Source: Candidatus Methylomirabilia bacterium
GTDB taxonomy: Bacteria > Methylomirabilota > Methylomirabilia > Rokubacteriales > CSP1-6
Length of the DNA stretch: 12,356 nucleotides
Reading direction: 5' to 3'
Assembly (NCBI GenBank): GCA_041496385.1
Contig: JBGQEL010000125.1
Coordinates: forward strand, 1-12,356
This document shows, piece by piece, positions 1 through 6,720 of this stretch. Both the position numbers and the translations under genes were made by a program. The notes below the pieces were generated by a model. The model did no database searches. It was not told the origin of the DNA and was given only the letters and a program-made list of their open reading frames with translations. Each line of letters begins with the position of its first letter. The first letter of the stretch is position 1.

Positions 1-58
1 CGTCGCACGCCGGCCCGCGCGCGTCGTACTGCGTCAGCTGCAGATCGTAGCCCTGTCT
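1..58 (-). pseudogene. Degenerate fragment of a small hypothetical protein (RQGYDLQLTQYDARG...), 5'-truncated and apparently frameshifted; runs off the window edge
   Basis: The minus strand 58->14 reads RQGYDLQLTQYDARG, then RRAT after a +1 shift. From memory this resembles the 'RQGYDLQLTRYDxxGWRAT' motif of a multicopy hypothetical family in Rokubacteria genomes. No search was run, and the upstream codons do not continue that family. Confidence 0.3.
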
Positions 59-611
59 TGAGGATGAGCAGATAGCGTCCGCTACCCCAGATCGGTGCCT
101 TCCGGTAGTCCTCCGTCCATTCAGGGCACGGTGGTGTTACCCAACAGTCCACGGGAACAAGGACACCGAGCGCAGCGAGATCCTTTACGAGATAAGGAGA
201 GCCCTCGGCCTCTTCGTTTGGTAGGCATCACCGCGACCCTGGACGCCACTCCGGGGACTTGTGGGGTGTCACTATGGTCTGGAACCATTCGTCGAATTCA
301 TCGGCGGTCGATACGGCCATGAGACATTCGGCGAGGCCCTGCCGCTGTTGTGATGCGACCCGACGAGCACCGTCAGGCTGGCCGGACGCGCACAGGTTGG
401 AGAACTCGTCGACGACCATCTGAGGATTGGACACCGCCCGAGGGTCCCACGCATATCGAGGTCGTGGCTCCCGGTAGTCGGAGAGTCCGAAGGCTGCGCC
501 GGCGCCTGCGACGAAGGCGCGGTCGGAGCTACGCTGGTAGCGCCCCTGGGATGCCCAGCGGAGGTTGGCGCAGCCAGCGCAACGCAATCCGAGGTAGTCG
601 CCCAGCCCTAG

Positions 612-626
612 CAGCCCGTGGTGAAA
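612..626 (+). repeat. IS left terminal inverted repeat (IRL)
   Basis: CAGCCCGTGGTGAAA is the exact reverse complement of 2042-2056. Confidence 0.9.
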
Positions 627-663
627 GTGGGCGAAAGATCATCGCCACTGGCGAGCGAGAACG

Positions 664-669
664 TACACT
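664..669 (+). promoter_or_regulatory. Putative -10 element (TACACT) for a leaderless transposase transcript
   Basis: The TANNNT hexamer sits exactly at -12..-7 relative to the A of ATG 676. There is no Shine-Dalgarno sequence and no convincing -35. Confidence 0.4.
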
Positions 670-675
670 GCGGCC

Positions 676-2040
676 ATGGCGATGGGTAAACGCAAGAGCG
701 AGCAAGCGCCGTTGTGGATCCCGACGACCGAGCTGCCAGTATCGCCGGGGCACCCGTTCTACGTGCGGCTCAACGCGCTCCTCGACGCGGCCGGGTTCGA
801 CCGCTTTGTCGAGGAGCAGTGTCGCGCGTTCTACGCGCCGGTGATGGGGCGGCCGAGCCTCGCCCCGGGCCGGTACTTCCGCCTGTTGCTGATCGGCTAT
901 TTCGAAGGGCTCGACTCCGAGCGCGGCATCGCGTGGCGCGCGGCCGACTCGCTGGCGGTGCGCAACTTCCTGGGCCTGGGGCTCGAGGACGGGGCGCCCG
1001 ATCATTCGACGATCTCGCGCACCCGCCGTTTGATCGACGTGGAGACGCATCGGGCGGTCTTCACGTGGGTGCAAGAGCGCTTGGTCGAGGCCGGACTGCT
1101 CAAAGGCCAAACCATCGCGATTGACGCGACGACCCTCGAGGCGAACGCGGCGATGCGCAGCATCGTGCGGCGGGACACGGGGGAGAGTTACCAGCGATTC
1201 CTCACGCGGCTGGCGGCCGCCTCGGGCATCAAGACACCCACCCGCGCGGCGTTGGCCCGGCTCGACCGTCGTCGCAAGAAGCGGACGTCCAACGCGGAGT
1301 GGGTGAATCCGTCGGATCCGGATGCCAAGGTCGCGAAGATGAAAGATGGCCGGACGCACCTGGCCCACAAGGCCGAGCACGCCGTCGACCTGGAGACCGG
1401 GGCGCTCGTCGCGGTGACCCTGCACGGGGCTGACGTCGGTGACACCACGAGTCTGCTCGCGACGGCGCTGGCGGCGGGCGAACAGCTCGAGGCGGCGCAG
1501 GCCACGGCCCCGAGGGATCTCGTCGGCGACAAGGGATACCACAGCAACGAGACGCTGCTCGCGCTCGAGGCCATCGGCGTCCGCTCCTACCTCGCCGAAC
1601 CCGATCGCGGGCGGCGGTGCTGGACGAAGGCGCCCGAGGCGCAGGGGCCCGTCTATGGCAATCGGCGTCGGGTGAGCGGCCGACGCGGGAAGCGGTTGAT
1701 GCGGCGGCGTGGCGAGTACGTCGAGCGGACGTTTGCGCATCTCTATGACACCGGCGGTCTCCGCCGCACCTACTTGCGCGGACATCCAAACATCCTCAAG
1801 CGGCTCATCGTCCACGCCGGCGCCTTCAACCTCGGCCTGCTGATGCGGCACGCGATCGGGCGCGGCACGCCGCGGGGCCTTCAAGGCCGCCGGCGGCCAT
1901 GTTTCGTGCTGTGGCTGACCGTGTGCACGCAGCTTGCGCAACTCGGGACGACGCTGGCAAGTTGCGTCGGCGTGCCGCGATCTCTCTCACGCGACAGGAT
2001 CTCATCCTTCGCTCACGCAACAACTTGCGGACCACAGTGA
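676..2040 (+). CDS. IS1182-family DDE transposase (454 aa)
   Basis: N-terminal DUF772-like region (GRPSLAP...LLLIGYFEGLDSER...FLGL...PDHSTISRTRR), candidate catalytic residues IAIDATT, VGDKGY and VERTFA, and the PSDPDAK motif. The stop codon abuts the right IR. Confidence 0.92.
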   Translation: MAMGKRKSEQAPLWIPTTELPVSPGHPFYVRLNALLDAAGFDRFVEEQCRAFYAPVMGRPSLAPGRYFRLLLIGYFEGLDSERGIAWRAADSLAVRNFLGLGLEDGAPDHSTISRTRRLIDVETHRAVFTWVQERLVEAGLLKGQTIAIDATTLEANAAMRSIVRRDTGESYQRFLTRLAAASGIKTPTRAALARLDRRRKKRTSNAEWVNPSDPDAKVAKMKDGRTHLAHKAEHAVDLETGALVAVTLHGADVGDTTSLLATALAAGEQLEAAQATAPRDLVGDKGYHSNETLLALEAIGVRSYLAEPDRGRRCWTKAPEAQGPVYGNRRRVSGRRGKRLMRRRGEYVERTFAHLYDTGGLRRTYLRGHPNILKRLIVHAGAFNLGLLMRHAIGRGTPRGLQGRRRPCFVLWLTVCTQLAQLGTTLASCVGVPRSLSRDRISSFAHATTCGPQ

Positions 2041-2041
2041 T

Positions 2042-2056
2042 TTTCACCACGGGCTG
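2042..2056 (-). repeat. IS right terminal inverted repeat (IRR)
   Basis: TTTCACCACGGGCTG is the reverse complement of 612-626. Confidence 0.9.
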
Positions 2057-2347
2057 CTAGAGCCGCGCTGCGACCTCTGCCGGGCGCAGCGGATCACGCC
2101 CTGGTACCACGAGGACGAGATCTGCTGGATCGCCGAGTGCGAGCTGTGCGCGGTGCCGATGGTGGTCTGGCGCCACCACGGCACGGCGCCGCCGCCCGAG
2201 CACGTCGCGCACATGCTCGAGAAGCTGCGCGAGGTCGCGACGGCGCAGCTCGGCGAGTTCTACGTGGACGACCACATGCGCAACATCCCCGACCACTTCC
2301 ACGCCCACGGCCGGCCCAAGGGTGGCTTCTTCGGCCAGCGGCGCTGA
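2057..2347 (+). CDS. Small hypothetical metal-binding protein (two CxxC motifs plus C-terminal HxHxH, HIT-like); native start lost at the IS junction, possibly a pseudogene
   Basis: Reads LEPRCDLCRAQRITPWYHEDEICWIAECELCAVPMVVW...HMRNIPDHFHAHGRPKGGFFGQRR* with strong GC3 host-like codon usage starting exactly at the CTAG. There is no in-frame ATG/GTG between the IS end and the first CxxC. Confidence 0.7.
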   Translation, partial: LEPRCDLCRAQRITPWYHEDEICWIAECELCAVPMVVWRHHGTAPPPEHVAHMLEKLREVATAQLGEFYVDDHMRNIPDHFHAHGRPKGGFFGQRR

Positions 2348-2349
2348 GT

Positions 2350-2505
2350 CGTCGTCGGGCGGGGGCGTGGGGTAGGGGGCGCTCGACCACGCGGCACGCG
2401 TCCGCTGCCCGGGTGCGGCTGGGCTCCATCCGGGCGGGTGAGGTCCGCTGCCGCGTGTCGGGAACGGGTCTCGTCGCCCCCTACCCACGCCCCCGCCCGA
2501 CGACG
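2350..2505 (+). repeat. Structured repeat copy A (156 nt; 31-bp closing stem with one bulge); candidate ncRNA, REP-like or MITE-like element
   Basis: Arm 2350-2381 pairs with arm 2475-2505. The internal blocks match the reverse complement of 2600-2762. It begins 2 nt after the stop codon at 2347. Confidence 0.85.
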
Positions 2506-2599
2506 CCTCCGCGGCTCGGCCCGCGTAGCATCAGCGTAGGCTGGCGGCGCTCGCCGACATCACCCGGGAGGATGTTTCCTATGCTTCGTCAAAACGCCG

Positions 2600-2762
2600 C
2601 GGCGCGGGCGGGGGGCGGGTGTGGCAGGGGTCGTCGAGACCCGTTCCCGCCGACGCTGAATCGGAGGTGAGGCGCCCGGATGGAGCCCAGCCGCACCCGG
2701 GCATGCGGACGCCCACCGCGTGGTCGAGCGACCCCTGCCACACCCGCCACCCGCCCGCGCCG
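2600..2762 (-). repeat. Structured repeat copy B (163 nt; 34-bp closing stem with one mismatch), inverted relative to copy A
   Basis: Arm 2600-2633 pairs with arm 2729-2762 (33/34). It shares identical 15-, 31- and 15-nt blocks with copy A. It begins 3 nt after the stop codon of the minus-strand hydrolase (2766-2768). Confidence 0.85.
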
Positions 2763-2765
2763 GGG

Positions 2766-3878
2766 CTACGCGGCCACGCTGTCGATCAGGAGCTTGATGA
2801 ATCCGGGCAGGCTGGCCTTGTCGATCCAGCGGAGGACCGCGACGAGATCGTGGTCTGGATCGACGAGGATGACGTTGCTGCCGGCGCCGCGCGCGGCGTA
2901 GCAGGACTCGGGCGCGCCCGGGAACTGCCGGCCCCCGGTGTTGAGCCACCAGAGCAGGCCGTAGTCCGGGTTGATCGCGCCGGGCGTGCGCATCTCGCGA
3001 ACCCACGACTCGGGTAGCAGCTCCTTGCCCTCCCAGCGCCCGCCGCGGTGGATCAGCAGGGCGAAGCGCGCGTGGTCGCGGCTGCCCATCCAGAGGCCGC
3101 CGCCCCAGTGGGAGCCGCCCGGCACCGAGGGCATGCGCACGCCGTCGATCGTGGCGTACGAGTTCCGGTAGGGCTGCCACTCCCAGTTCGGGGAGGCGCC
3201 GATCGGGTCCAGCAGGGCCTCCTTCAGGACCTCGCGAAGCGGCCGGCGGAACACCTGGAGCAGCGAGAGCGCGAGCCGGTTCACGCGCACGTCGTTGTAC
3301 TCCCAGAACGTGCCCGGCGGCCGCAGCGGCCGCGGCTGGCCCTTCCGCGAGGCGCCCAGCTCGCTCCGGCCGATGTCGCGGTTGTGGTCGATCGAGTCGG
3401 GCTTGTCCCAGAGCGTGCCCTGCCACTCGCTCGTCTGCGCGAGGAGGTGGCGCCACGTGATCGCGCGGTTCTGGGGGGACGCGAAGCCGTCGTCGAGTGC
3501 TGTGTCGCGGACGGGATCGTCGATCGACGCGATCAGCCCGCGCGCGACGGCGACGCCCGCGAGCGCCGCCAGGTAGCTCTTGGCGATGCTGAAGCTCATG
3601 TCCGCGCGGCGCGTGTCGCCCCACTCGGCGACGATGGCGCCGCCGCGGAGGACGAGCCCGTTGGGCCCGCCGCGCATCCGCACGGGGCCGAGCACGGCGC
3701 CGGGCGTATCGGGCTCGTCGGCCACGCCGATGTAGCGCCCGGACGACGTGACGAAGGTCCGCGACCAGGTCGACTCGTGAGCCAGGTGATGTTCCGTCGC
3801 CGCGCGGAGCGCGTCCGGGCGCAGGCCCAGCTCGGCCGGCGCCTGCGCCCGCCATTCGTCGGGCGGATGGTAGCTCAT
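2766..3878 (-). CDS. Serine hydrolase, beta-lactamase/penicillin-binding-protein-like fold (AmpC/NylB-like esterase or amidase), 370 aa
   Basis: SxxK motif (FSIAKS), ITWRHLL, PGTFWEYND (YxN-like), HWGGGLWM, YGLLWW and ARGAG. No signal peptide is evident. Confidence 0.88.
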   Translation of the reverse strand: MSYHPPDEWRAQAPAELGLRPDALRAATEHHLAHESTWSRTFVTSSGRYIGVADEPDTPGAVLGPVRMRGGPNGLVLRGGAIVAEWGDTRRADMSFSIAKSYLAALAGVAVARGLIASIDDPVRDTALDDGFASPQNRAITWRHLLAQTSEWQGTLWDKPDSIDHNRDIGRSELGASRKGQPRPLRPPGTFWEYNDVRVNRLALSLLQVFRRPLREVLKEALLDPIGASPNWEWQPYRNSYATIDGVRMPSVPGGSHWGGGLWMGSRDHARFALLIHRGGRWEGKELLPESWVREMRTPGAINPDYGLLWWLNTGGRQFPGAPESCYAARGAGSNVILVDPDHDLVAVLRWIDKASLPGFIKLLIDSVAA

Positions 3879-3888
3879 GAGATCGCCC

Positions 3889-3918
3889 TTGACACTAACC
3901 GGAAGGGCGACCTAGAGT
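3889..3918 (+). promoter_or_regulatory. Sigma70-type promoter for the iorAB-like operon, with an overlapping inverted repeat
   Basis: TTGACA (3889-3894), 18 nt, then TAGAGT (3913-3918). The dyad TCGCCCTT (3883-3890) / AAGGGCGA (3903-3910) overlaps the -35. A purine-rich RBS (GAAAGAAGGGA) precedes ATG 3980. Confidence 0.65.
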
Positions 3919-3979
3919 CACGCAAACTTCCTCCCCGCGCTCGGGGTCAACGGCGATCCACCACGGAAAGAAGGGACCT

Positions 3980-4429
3980 ATGGCGAAGCTCCTCGTCAAC
4001 GGCAAGTCCCAAACGGTCGACGTCCCCGCGGACACGCCGCTCCTCTGGGTGATCCGCGAGCACCTCAAGCTCACGGGCACGAAATTCGGCTGTGGCATGG
4101 CGCAGTGCGGCGCGTGTACCGTCCATCTCGACGGCGTCGCCGTGCGCTCCTGCCAGACCCAGGTGTCCGCGGCGGAGGGCAAGAAGATCACGACGATCGA
4201 GGGGTTGCACCCCGAGGGGCGGCACCCGCTCCAGGTCGCCTGGATCGCCGAGCAGGTGCCGCAGTGCGGCTACTGCCAGTCCGGACAGATCATGCAGGCG
4301 GCGTCGCTCCTGGCGAAGACCCCGAAGCCGACCGACGATCAGATCGTCGAGGCCATGACGGGCAACATCTGCCGCTGCGCCACCTACGTGCGGATCAAGC
4401 GTGCCATCAAGCGCGCGGCGGGGGTGTAG
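3980..4429 (+). CDS. iorA: (2Fe-2S)-binding small subunit of an isoquinoline 1-oxidoreductase-type (IorA-like) molybdoenzyme, 149 aa
   Basis: [16 protein letters not shown]...SC and QCGYCQSG...NICRC are the two 2Fe-2S binding motifs. [19 protein letters not shown] is typical of the IorA group. Confidence 0.93.
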   Translation: MAKLLVNGKSQTVDVPADTPLLWVIREHLKLTGTKFGCGMAQCGACTVHLDGVAVRSCQTQVSAAEGKKITTIEGLHPEGRHPLQVAWIAEQVPQCGYCQSGQIMQAASLLAKTPKPTDDQIVEAMTGNICRCATYVRIKRAIKRAAGV

Positions 4430-4431
4430 CC

Positions 4432-6612
4432 ATGACGACGAAGCTGAACCGCCGGGACTTCCTGAAGACCAGTGCGGCGACGGGCGTCGGGATGACGTTC
4501 TGGTTCCACTTCGGCGACGGCCTGGGCCGCGCCGCGGGCGCTAGCGCGTACGACCCGAACGCCTCGATGACGATCACGCCGGACGGGCTCGTGACCGTCC
4601 ACATCACCAAGTCCGAGATGGGCCAGGGCGTCGGGACCGCGCTCGCGCAGATCGTCGCCGAGGAGCTCGAGGTCGACTGGAAGGACATCCGCGTCGACTA
4701 CCCGACGAGCGATCCGAAGCTCGGGCTGATGATCACGGGCGGCAGCTGGAGCGTCAACTGGACGTTCGACACGCTCTCGCGCGCGGGCGCCGCGGCGCGC
4801 ATGGCGTTCGTGGACGCGGCCGCGCAGTCCTGGAAGGTCCCGGCCGACGAGTGCATGGCCGTGCGCGGCACGGTGCGCCACATGCCCAGCGGCCGCTCGA
4901 TGTCCTACGGCGAGATCGTCGCGAAGACGCCGATCACCAAGACGTTCTCCGAGGACGACCTCAAGAAGATCACGCTCAAGAAGCCGAGCGAGTACAAGGT
5001 GGTCGGCCAGTGGATCCAGCGCCTCGACATCCCGGAGAAGACCAACGGCCGGGCCAAGTTCGGCATCGACGCGTTCCTCCCGAACATGGTCTACGCGAAG
5101 ACCGCGTACCCGCCCACGCGCGAGGGCAGCAAGCACACGGCCGTGGATGACACCGAGGCCAAGAAGGTGAAGGGCTGGGTCAAGACGATCGTCAACGATC
5201 ATCTCGTCGCCGTCGTCGCGACCTCGTACGAATCGGCGGTGAAGGCGCGCAACGCGCTCAAGATCACCTGGGCGCCGGGGCCGAACGCGAACGTCAGCAG
5301 CGAGTCGATCTTCCGCGACTTCGCGGCGAAGGCCAAGGACGCCACCGGCGCGATCGAGTGGCACAAGGGCGGGGACGGGGTCGCGGCCTTCAACCAGGCG
5401 GCGCGCACCCACCAGGCGACCTACATGACGGACTACGTCGCCCACATGCAGCTCGAGCCCATGAACTGCGTCGCGCGGTTCGAGAACGGCGTCTTCGAGT
5501 TCTGGACGGGCAACCAGTTCCAGACGCTGGCCATGGGCGTGGTCGCGGCCGTGCTCAAGGTCGACCAGAAGAACGTCCGGATCCATCAGCAATACCTGGG
5601 CGGCGGCTTCGGCCGGCGGCTCGATCCCGACATCATCCTCGAGGCGGCCATCATCGCCAAGGAGGCGGGGCGGCCGATCAAGCTGATCCGTTCGCGCGAG
5701 GAGGATCTCCGCCGCGATTTCTATCGCTCCGCGACGCTCCAGACGCTCCGCGGCGGGCTCGACGCTTCGGGCAAGGTCACGGCGTGGGACAACGTCATCG
5801 TCGCCACGCATCCGGGGACGCGCTGGGGCCCGGACTTCGTCGACAAGCAGGGTCTCGACCAGTTCGCGCTCAACGGGGCCGACCACATCTACTCGGTCCC
5901 GAACCAGGCCGTGCGGGCGATCCGGGTCGAGACGGGCATCTCCGTCGGGTACGTGCGCGCGGTCGCGCCGAACTACACCTTCTTCGCCGTGGAGTCGTTC
6001 GTCGACGAGCTGGCGAACCTGACGAAGACCGACCCGCTCGCGTTCCGTCTCGCGATGCTCGGCGACGCGCCGCGCCTGGCCAACGTCGTCCGGATGGTCG
6101 CCCAGCGCGCCGGCTGGGGCACCCCGCTCCCGCCCAACGTCGGCCGCGGGATCGCGTGCGTGTCGGCGCAGGAGAAGAAGTCGCCGACGTGGACGGCGTC
6201 GGTCGTCGAGGCGCGCGTCGACCCGGCGTCGGGCCGGGTGCGCGTCGAGAAGATCATCTGCGCCGTGGACTGCGGCATCGTCGTGAACCCGGACGGCGTC
6301 CGCTCCCAGGTCGAGGGCTCGCTCCTCTTCGGCCTCAGCAACGCGCTCAAGGAGCGCGGCACCGTCGCCAACGGCGCGCTCGTCCAGAGCAATTTCCACG
6401 ACTACCAGGTCCTCCGCATGAACGAGGTGCCCGACGTCGTCGAGGTGCACGTGGTGCAGAGCAACGAGTACCCGACCGGCGTCGGTGAGCCCGGCGTGAC
6501 GACCATCGCGCCCGCGCTCGCCAACGCGATCTTCGCCGCGACGGGAGGGCGCGTGCGCAGCGTGCCGTTCCTCCCGGAGCGCGTGCTGCAGGCGATCAAA
6601 GACAAGGCGTAA
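4432..6612 (+). CDS. iorB: Molybdopterin-binding large subunit, isoquinoline 1-oxidoreductase beta-like (xanthine oxidase family), with Tat signal; 726 aa
   Basis: Start reassigned to ATG 4432, 2 nt after the iorA stop. Tat motif LNRRDFLK; motifs SEMGQG, TGGS, GGGFGRR, VDCG..VNPD and GVGEPG (catalytic Glu). The substrate cannot be assigned from sequence. Confidence 0.9.
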   Translation: MTTKLNRRDFLKTSAATGVGMTFWFHFGDGLGRAAGASAYDPNASMTITPDGLVTVHITKSEMGQGVGTALAQIVAEELEVDWKDIRVDYPTSDPKLGLMITGGSWSVNWTFDTLSRAGAAARMAFVDAAAQSWKVPADECMAVRGTVRHMPSGRSMSYGEIVAKTPITKTFSEDDLKKITLKKPSEYKVVGQWIQRLDIPEKTNGRAKFGIDAFLPNMVYAKTAYPPTREGSKHTAVDDTEAKKVKGWVKTIVNDHLVAVVATSYESAVKARNALKITWAPGPNANVSSESIFRDFAAKAKDATGAIEWHKGGDGVAAFNQAARTHQATYMTDYVAHMQLEPMNCVARFENGVFEFWTGNQFQTLAMGVVAAVLKVDQKNVRIHQQYLGGGFGRRLDPDIILEAAIIAKEAGRPIKLIRSREEDLRRDFYRSATLQTLRGGLDASGKVTAWDNVIVATHPGTRWGPDFVDKQGLDQFALNGADHIYSVPNQAVRAIRVETGISVGYVRAVAPNYTFFAVESFVDELANLTKTDPLAFRLAMLGDAPRLANVVRMVAQRAGWGTPLPPNVGRGIACVSAQEKKSPTWTASVVEARVDPASGRVRVEKIICAVDCGIVVNPDGVRSQVEGSLLFGLSNALKERGTVANGALVQSNFHDYQVLRMNEVPDVVEVHVVQSNEYPTGVGEPGVTTIAPALANAIFAATGGRVRSVPFLPERVLQAIKDKA

Positions 6613-6625
6613 CGCTCGCTCACCC

Positions 6626-6662
6626 CGGGGGCCGGCCGGCGGCGATCGCCGGCCCGCCCCCG
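6626..6662 (+). terminator. GC-rich hairpin after iorB (possible terminator or mRNA 3' protection stem)
   Basis: The arms CGGGGGCCGGCCGGCGG and TCGCCGGCCCGCCCCCG form a ~17-bp stem with one mismatch, followed by a pyrimidine tract (TCCCTCCTT) rather than a U-run. Confidence 0.45.
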
Positions 6663-6720
6663 TCCCTCCTTGCTCGTTGAGGTATCCTGTGTGGCGTCAC
6701 TCCCCCTGAAAGGATCCGCG

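Larger units (their letters stand above)
612..2056 (+). mobile_element. Complete insertion sequence, IS1182-like (DDE), 1445 bp, flanked by CTAG at 608-611 and 2057-2060
   Basis: Perfect 15-bp terminal inverted repeats CAGCCCGTGGTGAAA (612-626) and TTTCACCACGGGCTG (2042-2056), identical CTAG tetramers on both outer sides, and a single transposase ORF filling the element. Confidence 0.92.

Noticed and set aside
228..587. 119-aa minus-strand ORF
   Set aside because: No recognisable motif, RBS or host-like codon bias, so it cannot be supported as a gene.
529..1941. 470-aa minus-strand ORF opposite the transposase
   Set aside because: Antisense shadow of a high-GC gene with no recognisable motifs; it extends past the IS end.
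2521..2600. Hammerhead-ribozyme-like words on the minus strand between the two repeats (TTGACGA...GAAACATC-loop-GATGTC, and a later CTGATG)
   Set aside because: Stem III and a GUC triplet look right, but the core is UUGACGA or CUGAUGC rather than CUGANGA. Stem II cannot form in the first register and stem I cannot form in the second. Probably chance; a cmscan would settle it.
2350..2762. Interpreting the repeats as a CRISPR array, tRNA or simple rho-independent terminators
   Set aside because: There are only two inverted units with no repeat-spacer periodicity, no cloverleaf or T-loop, and no U-tracts; the conserved ~95-nt interior is far more than a terminator needs.
4105..4431. Apparent N-terminal extension of IorB (835-aa ORF)
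   Set aside because: It overlaps iorA out of frame; the Tat motif places the start at 4432.
4384..6450. 688-aa minus-strand ORF, and similar long antisense or alternate-frame ORFs (3048-4052, 6697-7767, 7897-8982, 10461-12227)
   Set aside because: Stop-poor shadow frames expected from GC3-biased coding on the other strand; they overlap well-supported genes.
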